A model generated the notes under the pieces. That model made no database searches and was not told the DNA's origin. It was given only the letters and a program-made list of their open reading frames with translations. Position numbers and translations under genes: made by a program. Of a stretch of DNA of 64,000 nucleotides, positions 9,290 to 16,937 are shown piece after piece (position 1 is the first letter of the stretch; each line of letters opens with the position of its first letter). This stretch comes from a virus. The stretch lies in IMG/VR virus record IMGVR_UViG_3300009788_000088. One strand, 5' to 3'.

Positions 9290-9538
9290 TTCTACCGCCC
9301 ATGATATTTCACTTTAAAAAACTCATCTTTATCAACAATCACATGATCCCGTGGAATATTATAACTGTTTTCCATCATTGGGTGAGTATGAAGTTGATCG
9401 ATAGCCCACAATAAATCCTTATATGTTATAGGAGCAACACGAGTTATCATAAAACATCGATAACATAACCACACATTTAATTCCTGACGATACCAAAGCC
9501 CTAATACCTTTTCACAACATTCACATGATTTGTTCATA

Positions 9539-9994
9539 TTATGTTCCCATCCCTTCACCATCCAGCCACTTAAATTCTTCTACTGATAAATATTCTTGAC
9601 ACCCCACACAATAAGTGCCCCCATAAAATTTAGGGTCTCTTGCATGAGTTTCGGCAAGTTCTGAGGTCATTTTTGTTATAGTACCACATCCATTCATCTT
9701 ATCCAAGCCTTTTTGTGTCCAGAACCTTCCACAAATCGGGGATTCACTTTCAGGGTATTCTTCATATTTAACATACCCACATCCTTTGTGTCGTTCCAAT
9801 TCATCCTCATCAAGATCACGAAGAGAATATTTTGGTTGTTTTCCAGAATGAATATATGAATGACGCAAAGGGCGAATAAAACCCTTGGCTCTTTCTTTTT
9901 TGGATAAGACCAAATGAACTTCGTCTTGTCCACCTTCTTCAGAACCCACACCTTTTTTCAACCGTGGATCATTCGGGTCTGTTGTTAATGTCAT
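9539..9994 (-). CDS. hypothetical phage protein
   Basis: 151 aa ORF, AGGAG SD, CG and CxxC motifs. Confidence 0.7.
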   Translation of the reverse strand: MTLTTDPNDPRLKKGVGSEEGGQDEVHLVLSKKERAKGFIRPLRHSYIHSGKQPKYSLRDLDEDELERHKGCGYVKYEEYPESESPICGRFWTQKGLDKMNGCGTITKMTSELAETHARDPKFYGGTYCVGCQEYLSVEEFKWLDGEGMGT

Positions 9995-10003
9995 GATAAC
10001 TCC

Positions 10004-10420
10004 TTATCCTCTGGTAGCCTGAAACATTGCCCACTTCCTTCTACAATTCTTACAGCCGCATTCCCCTTTACATTCCATGGGACAGTCTTCTTTACAACCA
10101 CATGATTTGCTTCCTTCTGGCCGCCAACACCCCTCCATATCATCCCACTCCATCCCGGAATGTACATCCTTGAATCCCTCTTCACAGTCATCACATACCA
10201 GATAACAAATATCAGACTCGTTATCTTCTACGTAAACCCTCCTGTGATCATCACAGTAATACTTCTCACACGAATAGATGTCCTCTCCGTGCATATCTCC
10301 GCAGACGTAGGCTAGACCCCTATCTATCACCTTTTCACAGTCAGGGTGGTCACAGATAGCTGTAAAGCTGTAACCAATCATCCTGCCCTGTGAATCGATC
10401 CCACAATTACCCCATCCCAT
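10004..10420 (-). CDS. Cys-rich hypothetical protein
   Basis: Multiple CxxC; packed operon. Confidence 0.6.
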   Translation of the reverse strand: MGWGNCGIDSQGRMIGYSFTAICDHPDCEKVIDRGLAYVCGDMHGEDIYSCEKYYCDDHRRVYVEDNESDICYLVCDDCEEGFKDVHSGMEWDDMEGCWRPEGSKSCGCKEDCPMECKGECGCKNCRRKWAMFQATRG

Positions 10421-10784
10421 CAGTTTTTCTCCTGACTCCTTGAAACCCAGTTATTTTCGGTGGAGAATCAATCGCATGGAATTCACAGGATCGTTGAATA
10501 TATTTCCCCGGCGGCCACTCCTGTCCAGTAGAAGAACATTCAAAACCTTCTGGCCAATGTTTCATAGCCTTGACCTCTGTCCATCCCTTCATCTCTCCAT
10601 CATGAACGATATAACACTTATCCCCCGGCCGCATTTTCTTCGGGAAATTCGCAACACGGAAGTTGGCAACATCCCCGTTGGCATGAGCGTCTTCCAGTTC
10701 CTGAATATACTCATCCCAATTTACCTTCTTTGGAATGGTTATCATCCAGTCATTGAACTCTTGGACAGCCTCATTGAATCTCAT
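10407..10784 (-). CDS. possible PUA/EVE/ASCH-like protein
   Basis: KMRPGDKCYIVHDG motif; MRFNEA N-terminus. Confidence 0.45.
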   Translation of the reverse strand: MRFNEAVQEFNDWMITIPKKVNWDEYIQELEDAHANGDVANFRVANFPKKMRPGDKCYIVHDGEMKGWTEVKAMKHWPEGFECSSTGQEWPPGKYIQRSCEFHAIDSPPKITGFQGVRRKTDGMG

Positions 10785-11221
10785 TTTTCACTCTCTGTTA
10801 TCTCATACCCATCTAAAGTTATAAATGTGTGCCAGCCACACCCATGAGGACAGATTATACTGGGCGTAACTTTACCCTTATTATCAATCAAATGAGTATC
10901 ACCAATAGATATTAACTTTAAACAAATAGGACACCCAAGAAATAATGTTTTGTTTTTAAACCACTCCCCATGTTTTGGTGGGAATGATTCAGCTTTAATC
11001 ATTCTCATATTGTTTATTACTTGTAACTGTATTTGTAACTTATGCCCCTTTGTACAAACAGCGGTTAACACAGGCACTCTGAGTTTTGTAAACCCAAGAA
11101 ATGTCCCATCTTTAATTATTATTTTAGCTCCACAATACTGACAACCCAATATCTCACTCCTGTTCCTGTTCCTGTTCCCGGCACCTATCCATATAATCCT
11201 GATAATATCCATCTGTTCCAT
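10781..11221 (-). CDS. Zn-binding hypothetical protein
   Basis: CQYC, CPIC, TPSIxCxxGCGWH. Confidence 0.55.
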   Translation of the reverse strand: MEQMDIIRIIWIGAGNRNRNRSEILGCQYCGAKIIIKDGTFLGFTKLRVPVLTAVCTKGHKLQIQLQVINNMRMIKAESFPPKHGEWFKNKTLFLGCPICLKLISIGDTHLIDNKGKVTPSIICPHGCGWHTFITLDGYEITESEK

Positions 11222-11295
11222 GCGCTACATCTCCGTAACACATGGAACAGGAACTACCCTGACCCTCTGGAATCGGTTGACCACATGAAGTACAG

Positions 11296-11490
11296 TTAGG
11301 CATTGCGTGTCTCCTTTATAACTCTTTTAATCAACGGTCCTTTATCGCAATAATCACAAAATTCAAAGGTACTATCTGAAGGCATATATTTAACCCCAGT
11401 GTCTCTACAACGTTTACAATCACAATTACAAATACTGATCTTAGGTCTGCCATAATAAATATTGTAAAGAAGCCCACCGAACTTTTTCAT
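11296..11490 (-). CDS. small Zn-finger protein
   Basis: CxxCxDTG...CxxC; AGGAGG SD. Confidence 0.55.
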   Translation of the reverse strand: MKKFGGLLYNIYYGRPKISICNCDCKRCRDTGVKYMPSDSTFEFCDYCDKGPLIKRVIKETRNA

Positions 11491-11506
11491 TCTGCCTCCT
11501 TATATC

Positions 11507-11578
11507 TGGCGGGAAGTGAAGGAATCGAACCCTCTCCTACGGCTTTGGAGGCCGTTTGGTCACCATGACCTACAACCC
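11507..11578 (-). tRNA. tRNA-Trp(CCA), atypical
   Basis: ACGGC-CT-CCA-AA-GCCGT, G73, CCA; small D loop and two U.U mismatches in acceptor stem. Confidence 0.8.
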
Positions 11579-11581
11579 TTA

Positions 11582-11690
11582 TGGTGCGGCATCCCGGAGG
11601 AATCGAACCTCTCGACTTCACCACCCTTCCGTTTAATGGTCACCCTCAGTTACATCCGGAATGCTGAAGGCGAAGGGAACGGTACTCCGC
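11582..11690 (-). ncRNA. tRNA-like ncRNA (T arm and ACCA end, no anticodon arm)
   Basis: GAGG-TTCGATT-CCTC, ...CCGC-A-CCA, internal 10-bp hairpin. Confidence 0.7.
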
Positions 11691-11698
11691 ATAATTTT

Positions 11699-11774
11699 TG
11701 GTTGGCCCGGTAGGACTTGAACCTACTCCCTTCCCGTTATGAGCGGGACGCTCCCCCGGTTGAGCTACGGGCCA
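11699..11774 (-). tRNA. tRNA(CAT), elongator Met or Ile2
   Basis: TCCCG-CT-CAT-AA-CGGGA, paired 1:72, CCA. Confidence 0.88.
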
Positions 11775-11775
11775 A

Positions 11776-11851
11776 TGGAGCGCCTACAGGGATTCGAACC
11801 CCGATTTAGAAGGGTAGAAACCTCCCGCCTTTTCCATTAGGCTATAGGCGC
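11776..11851 (-). tRNA. tRNA-Arg(TCT)
   Basis: GGAGG-TT-TCT-AC-CCTTC, A20, CCA. Confidence 0.9.
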
Positions 11852-11856
11852 AAAAC

Positions 11857-11944
11857 TGGAGGAAGGAGTGGGATTCGGACCCACGGAGGTGTTACCCTCT
11901 CTAAGTTAGCAACCTAGTGCTTTAGACCACTCAGCCACCCTTCC
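11857..11944 (-). tRNA. tRNA-Ser(GCT)
   Basis: CTAGG-TT-GCT-AA-CTTAG, long variable arm, CCA. Confidence 0.92.
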
Positions 11945-12253
11945 TCAATAAGCACAATCTTGAAGAACCAATTTATCCATACACACCAATTGACCATCAG
12001 TGAATCTGGCGGCGTATTCATACCATTTAACATCATGATTGGTATAAAATCGAATAATACCATGATATTCAGTGTCATGCCACTTAAATCCAATTGAACA
12101 TGCTATCTTTTCCATGAGTCGTCCGGACTTGGTTATCCGATGTAAAGTCAGGAGATTATCCAAACTTTTCGTCTGGAAAGTTCGTTGTGCATCTTTCGGA
12201 AACTCTGGAAGAGGTACACCCTCTTCTACCAGTATGTTGTCATACATCCCCAT
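11945..12253 (-). CDS. hypothetical phage protein (MGMYD...FQTKSL...)
   Basis: GGAGG SD; ORF. Confidence 0.65.
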   Translation of the reverse strand: MGMYDNILVEEGVPLPEFPKDAQRTFQTKSLDNLLTLHRITKSGRLMEKIACSIGFKWHDTEYHGIIRFYTNHDVKWYEYAARFTDGQLVCMDKLVLQDCAY

Positions 12254-12431
12254 CGGGGGCCTCCGTTTTCTGTTGGAACAAACCGGTTCCTTTTTCGTAC
12301 CGTTTAACAATGCCCACTGAACGTTCAATGGCTTGATTCCAAGCCTCATCCGCATATGTGCGTGGTCTCAACACCTTCCCGGCATTCATCTCTGCTATCA
12401 TTCCCTCATATTCCATTTTATCATCCATCAT
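12240..12431 (-). CDS. hypothetical protein
   Basis: ORF with GAGGTG SD. Confidence 0.5.
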   Translation of the reverse strand: MMDDKMEYEGMIAEMNAGKVLRPRTYADEAWNQAIERSVGIVKRYEKGTGLFQQKTEAPDGDV

Positions 12432-12773
12432 GATTCACCTCATCGGGTTCAACTGAACGATAGTAATTCCTCCACATGCAGGACATTCCCATCCTTCGCC
12501 ACCCCGAAGTGAAATTACTGGTTCGGGGGTGACTACCTCTTTCTCACAATGTACACAGGTGTATATCAGATGTTTCAACTCAACACCACCCCCGTCTCTC
12601 TTACCTCCAACCATGTTAAAAAATCTGGTATCCGAAGCAGACACCATTTGTGGATGCAAGACTCAGAGCAAAATACTGGAAGAGGATCACGCTCTTCAAC
12701 AAGATAGCGCTCAATAATACTATACCAATGCCTTTCGTTCCCTATTGGTCCCCTGCATTGTGTACAAATATTA

Positions 12774-13064
12774 TTACCCAGTAAAGTTACCATGCTCATC
12801 ATCCAATAGACCAATAAAGCCGTTTTCCGTGCCTTTCTGGTCTTCATACGGAGCGGCCACCATCCGATAAAGTTCCAACATGGCCATAACCACATCTCCG
12901 ATAATGTTCCGGAGATGTGTATATCTGACAGAACCGTCCTTGAGAAGTCTATGCCAGAGCCGGGTCATAGCATAATTCAGAAGACCGGGACCGTTGATAA
13001 GACGGGCAAGCTCATCTATCGTTTCATCAATCTTGATCCGAAGTTGAGGCTCAATGTACGGCAT
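12774..13064 (-). CDS. hypothetical phage protein (MPYI...GLLNY...ELYR...PYED...ENG)
   Basis: Motif pattern common in phages; function unknown. Confidence 0.7.
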   Translation of the reverse strand: MPYIEPQLRIKIDETIDELARLINGPGLLNYAMTRLWHRLLKDGSVRYTHLRNIIGDVVMAMLELYRMVAAPYEDQKGTENGFIGLLDDEHGNFTG

Positions 13065-13133
13065 TTTCCTTTCCTTTCTTTTTGCGCCGGAATACCGGTA
13101 AACCCCCCGCTCCGACTACATACCCGAACCAGC

Positions 13134-13589
13134 CTATCGAACCACACCCGTTAGAGACGCCGGGTTTGACGGGGGAACCATCGTAGGAGGGATGGCGACA
13201 AAAAGTTCTGGAGAATATATGGATTGGTTTCCATAAGTATCAATAGCCGTCACCGCAACATAATAATACGTTTCCACTTCAGATTCTGGAACGGTCAATG
13301 TATACGTGGCTCCGGTCCCCACTGGCGCAACAAAGTTATCATATTGCCAGACAGTATATCCAGAATAATCACACCCTCCAGTTTCACCTGTTGGCATTTG
13401 CACTGGTGATGACATTGGTGGCCGGGGTGATACTCCCCACCACACAATATAACCAGCCAAATCACCGATAAGGGTTTCGTTACAATTTGTTGTAACTTCT
13501 GCCCAGTTCAAATCGATTTCTCCAGCAATCGCTGGACTTGTAAACATCACCATAACCAATAATAATACCCACACCATCAATTTCTTCAT
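13134..13589 (-). CDS. secreted fibronectin type III-like protein
   Basis: Signal peptide; L-x-W, DLAGY, YYVAVTAIDTYGNQS Fn3 pattern. Confidence 0.75.
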   Translation of the reverse strand: MKKLMVWVLLLVMVMFTSPAIAGEIDLNWAEVTTNCNETLIGDLAGYIVWWGVSPRPPMSSPVQMPTGETGGCDYSGYTVWQYDNFVAPVGTGATYTLTVPESEVETYYYVAVTAIDTYGNQSIYSPELFVAIPPTMVPPSNPASLTGVVR

Positions 13590-13612
13590 TTCAAACTACC
13601 TCCAGTTAAAGG

Positions 13613-13696
13613 TGGAAGAAGGTAAAGGAATCGAACCTTCGGGTGTAACCCCGGCAAGGCTTTCAAGGCCCATTATCCCCATGGATGCTACCTTCT
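13613..13696 (-). tRNA. tRNA-Ser(TGA), probable 8/4 fold
   Basis: 8-bp acceptor AGAAGGTA/TACCTTCT, D tetraloop, variable arm, 4-bp T stem, CCA. Confidence 0.8.
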
Positions 13697-13989
13697 ACAA
13701 CATCTTCCGCAAATTTTTTCGCAAGGGTCACGCAATACCTCTTGCTGTATCTCTTACTCCGAAATGACCGGGAATACATCCGGCCTTTCCAGATAAAGTC
13801 CAATCGGGTCACTGAGAAATTTGGGTAAGTATAGGCCATGACCTCTACGTATCCGTGTGGAGTAATCACCGTCCCATCCAGATAAGTGTCCATCAGGTCA
13901 TCCCTGTTACCATTCCTATATGTCCGGGTCTCAATACATCCACGAACACGGCCAACATCCCAATTATCATTCCAAATTTCTATACCCAT
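13663..13989 (-). CDS. hypothetical protein
   Basis: ORF coupled to the exonuclease stop; 3' end overlaps tRNA-Ser. Confidence 0.55.
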   Translation of the reverse strand: MGIEIWNDNWDVGRVRGCIETRTYRNGNRDDLMDTYLDGTVITPHGYVEVMAYTYPNFSVTRLDFIWKGRMYSRSFRSKRYSKRYCVTLAKKFAEDVVEGSIHGDNGP

Positions 13990-14609
13990 TACTTCAACCT
14001 TGCCAGTCCCGCCCGGAATACCCGGATGGTATTCCACGCATCTTCAATGGCGTCATGGATTGTCCCAGCTTTAATCTCCGCTCTCTTCATACAATCTAAC
14101 AGAGACGGCGGTACTTCATCCGTGGGCTCTATCCAGAGAGTCGTGGGGTCCATGACACGTCTATGCCACGTGCTCCGGGAAACGTTACACTGATTGACCA
14201 AAAACGGAACATCAAATGTTCCCACATTCTTTCCTATAATCGGAATGGGGTTAGGGTTCGTCACTGGCAAGGGAAGTCGTAGATTTATAGCCAACCACTG
14301 CTTCAGGTTTTCCCCAGCTTGTTTAGGACTTTTCACGAACTGTTCAAAATCCTCAAGGTAATCATCCAGTCTACCTTCGTTATGCCATCTGGACAGTCTC
14401 TCAATACGCTTGATGAGATCGGCGTTCATAGCCAATGCCGTTGGGCTTCCTGTGATTTCCTCATAATGTATAAGGATGTGTATTCGGGGAAGGTCTTCCA
14501 CTGGAATCTCTGGCTTTTGAAGGTCATCGATTACGGCCCCGATGGAAAGAACTGAATGCAACTTCGTGTCAAGCCCGGTAGTCTCAATATCCAACGATAC
14601 GTACTTCAC
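13989..14609 (-). CDS. DEDDh 3'-5' exonuclease (DnaQ-like)
   Basis: LDIETTG, N-x-x-x-FD, HDAIEDA motifs. Confidence 0.85.
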   Translation of the reverse strand: MKYVSLDIETTGLDTKLHSVLSIGAVIDDLQKPEIPVEDLPRIHILIHYEEITGSPTALAMNADLIKRIERLSRWHNEGRLDDYLEDFEQFVKSPKQAGENLKQWLAINLRLPLPVTNPNPIPIIGKNVGTFDVPFLVNQCNVSRSTWHRRVMDPTTLWIEPTDEVPPSLLDCMKRAEIKAGTIHDAIEDAWNTIRVFRAGLARLK

Positions 14610-14628
14610 ATGAACCTCCTTTTTAAAA

Positions 14629-14704
14629 TGGTACGGGTGGTAGGAGTCGAACCTACAAAATCTGGTTCCTAAGACCAGCGCCTATGCCGTTCGGCCACAC
14701 CCGC
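14629..14704 (-). tRNA. tRNA-Leu(TAG), short variable loop
   Basis: CTGGT-CT-TAG-GA-ACCAG, CCA. Confidence 0.9.
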
Positions 14705-14812
14705 TTAATTATGCCAACCACAGTCATTACATTCGTGGCGTTCGTAATCACTATTATACCATACTGCATGATAACCACAAGCCGGACATTTCATGACTGC
14801 TCCTTTTAAAGT

Positions 14813-14888
14813 TGGTGACCGCACGGGGAATCGAACCCACGATTGTCAGGGTGAAAACCTGATAGCCTAACCGTTAGCTGATGCGGCC
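14813..14888 (-). tRNA. tRNA-Glu(TTC)
   Basis: TCAGG-TT-TTC-AC-CCTGA, CCA. Confidence 0.92.
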
Positions 14889-14889
14889 A

Positions 14890-15093
14890 TTATCTCATAA
14901 ATTCAAAGTGTCCTTGCGCCTCAAAAAAGGCGGCTGTTTCCGGGGGAACGATATCCCCCCTTTTTTGATGCATCCTGATGTGCTGAACTGCTTCCGCAGT
15001 AGACTGAAAATCCAACACACAGGTTAAACAATGAATAACCAATTCTGATGTAGTGGGGTTATCCCCCTGAATTATGTTAACCTCTTCTTGCAT
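14890..15093 (-). CDS. hypothetical protein (C2H2-like)
   Basis: CxxC...HxxxH; AGGAG SD. Confidence 0.5.
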   Translation of the reverse strand: MQEEVNIIQGDNPTTSELVIHCLTCVLDFQSTAEAVQHIRMHQKRGDIVPPETAAFFEAQGHFEFMR

Positions 15094-15143
15094 GAACCGT
15101 TCTCCTAAAGTACCACTTTTCGTTACAGTACGTAAATGAATGG

Positions 15144-15234
15144 TGGTGGAGAGGGGAGGATTTGAACCTCCGTGTTTACCCAGTGGGACCAGATTTACAG
15201 TCTGGCGCAATCAACCAAACTCTGCCACCTCTCC
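15144..15234 (-). tRNA. tRNA-Tyr(GTA)
   Basis: CCAGA-CT-GTA-AA-TCTGG, variable arm, CCA. Confidence 0.95.
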
Positions 15235-15243
15235 ATAAAAGTT

Positions 15244-15457
15244 CGTGATAGTGTGCCGGATTCTCACCGGGGAGCATCGCCTATTTAAGTAATTGCCGTC
15301 TACCGTATGGTCACCGACAGCACTTCGGCTCTGGGCCGGGATAGCTCTCCAATTTATTTAATTTTGGTGGAACACTGAGCGCTCTTAATATGTGCGATGA
15401 AAGCAGAGCAAGCACCGCAAGCCATTTTTATTCGCTCCATGGCTCCACACTATCACG
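15244..15457 (-). ncRNA. unknown structured RNA, about 214 nt
   Basis: 12-bp closing helix CGTGATAGTGTG/CACACTATCACG, adjacent CCGG-TGAGAAT-CCGG T-loop, several internal stems. Confidence 0.75.
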
Positions 15458-15479
15458 GGACATCCAAAGACGCCCCATT

Positions 15480-15707
15480 TTACAGAGTGACACCTTGCTT
15501 CACAAGATAATCACCCAACGGCTTACCTTTCTTATCCAACCAGTCAACGACTCGTTGGCGAATCCTTTCCTTGCGGGTGGCGGCCATACGGCGGCCACCG
15601 TTCAAGTCAGCAAGAAGTTCTTCACTGAAGCCCTCTTCGATATGCTTGAACTTGGTAAGGATATAGGCATTGGCAAGCTGTTTGTCTGTTGCACCTTTTT
15701 CAGACAT
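15480..15707 (-). CDS. hypothetical protein
   Basis: AGGAGGT SD. Confidence 0.6.
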   Translation of the reverse strand: MSEKGATDKQLANAYILTKFKHIEEGFSEELLADLNGGRRMAATRKERIRQRVVDWLDKKGKPLGDYLVKQGVTL

Positions 15708-15733
15708 GATACTACCTCCTAATGAAAGGGGGT

Positions 15734-16138
15734 TTAGTTTCCCCCCATTGGTAAGGAAGGGTCGCTCTCCTTATCATCAGGATTGGAGTTCTGGTTTCCA
15801 CCCTCCTCATTACCCTCTCCGGGAAGATTTTCACTCCCAGTCGGTTCCGTGGATTCTTCTTCCTCTGGGGGTGAAAGCACTTCATCTTCCCGTGCTTTCT
15901 CATACGTTTTCATGAAAAAATTCACCTGACCCAAAGGCCGTTCAATTGCCTTGCGGACGTGATGGGGCAAAACCTCACCAAATCCTGTGACAGCCTCAAC
16001 TGTCTCTGCAAGAGCTTCCGTAATGTTTGCAAGAGCTACCACCTTTAATTCAGTGTTCTCTTCCAGAACATCATCCACCAACTGCTTCACTTGCTCCATG
16101 ATATTTTCCTCCTTGTTAAGAGCATAATAATGTTTCAT
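15734..16138 (-). CDS. hypothetical protein with acidic tail
   Basis: AGGAGGTG SD or internal start at MEQVK. Confidence 0.6.
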   Translation of the reverse strand: MKHYYALNKEENIMEQVKQLVDDVLEENTELKVVALANITEALAETVEAVTGFGEVLPHHVRKAIERPLGQVNFFMKTYEKAREDEVLSPPEEEESTEPTGSENLPGEGNEEGGNQNSNPDDKESDPSLPMGGN

Positions 16139-16149
16139 GACTAAACTTC

Positions 16150-16460
16150 ACCTCCTATTGGATAATAAGGAAGGAGGCCCAACCCCGTAGCCACCTAAGC
16201 GGCCATTTCTACAGGTGCGTTGGCACTTGTAAGAGTGGGCTTGATTAACGTGGGCCAGCCCACCCACGGGTCTTCCAGCATACCTCATCCGCCATGTCGA
16301 AACCATTTCACCCCCACCCCTCCATATCCCGGAAGTCTTATTGAGTCTCCGCTAATGAGGCGTCAGCGTCTCACTAGGATACAGAGGGGTGGAGGTGCTG
16401 AGAATCGAACTCAGGTCCACAACGTTTCAGTATACCTTCTGTGGCCGAAGCCACGGCGAC
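16150..16460 (-). ncRNA. ssrA: tmRNA, circularly permuted (two-piece)
   Basis: T arm and CACCTCC-A-CC precede GGGGGTGAAATGGTTTCGAC; G3:U; PK1; tag frame 16224-16195 ANAPVEMAA-stop. Confidence 0.92.
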
Positions 16461-16507
16461 CAACATTGATTGAATGTCTACTGCATAGACATTCATGAGG
16501 TAAATCC

Positions 16508-16666
16508 GAATCCATGTAGGCTTCTCCAGCGAAACTGAAGGAAGCAAAAGTTAGCATCTTTTTTAACAGGCCCAGCTTCCAACCCCCTGCTATTGTTTAG
16601 GACGGCCTACAACAAAGCGCCTTATTGTAGGATAGTATTGCTCCGCTGGAGAGCCTACATGGATTC
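16508..16666 (-). ncRNA. unknown structured RNA, about 160 nt
   Basis: 23-bp closing helix with one bulge; internal 12-bp hairpin. Confidence 0.7.
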
Positions 16667-16672
16667 AAAAAC

Positions 16673-16802
16673 GGTGGGAGGTGGGGTTCGAACCCACATT
16701 AGCAAAATGGCCAACCCTTACTTCCTATTCCAGAGACACTCCTTTCATGACAGTAATTTGCTGTCCCTACTCTCAGTATCCCACTTTTTGGATGACTCCC
16801 AC
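16673..16802 (-). ncRNA. tRNA-like RNA with expanded anticodon domain
   Basis: 7-bp acceptor GTGGGAG/CTCCCAC, D arm, GTGGG-TTCGAAC-CCCAC T arm, no encoded CCA. Confidence 0.75.
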
Positions 16803-16812
16803 ATAAATTAAA

Positions 16813-16934
16813 TTCAAAGTTGGTTACCAGCACTGGCCTTCTGTCTCTTTAGGCTAGAAGGTGCACTCAGATAAGGTGGGAAGCTATCCCACTAACCGGC
16901 TTAACCCTGCCCTCAGTTAGAAACCAACTCTGAA
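16813..16934 (-). ncRNA. unknown structured RNA, about 122 nt
   Basis: 13-bp closing helix TTCAGAGTTGGTT/AACCAACTTTGAA, two internal hairpins. Confidence 0.65.
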
Positions 16935-16937
16935 ACT

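Noticed and set aside
11776-11851. AGA reassignment to Gly (tRNA TCT has a Gly-like acceptor and U73)
   Set aside because: A20 is present, U73 is common among these tRNAs, and AGA encodes a conserved Arg in the portal RAPERR motif.
16508-16666. SRP RNA (GAAGGAAGCA on plus strand) or retron msr-msd
   Set aside because: The SRP helix-8 partner strand is absent; no reverse transcriptase gene in the window.
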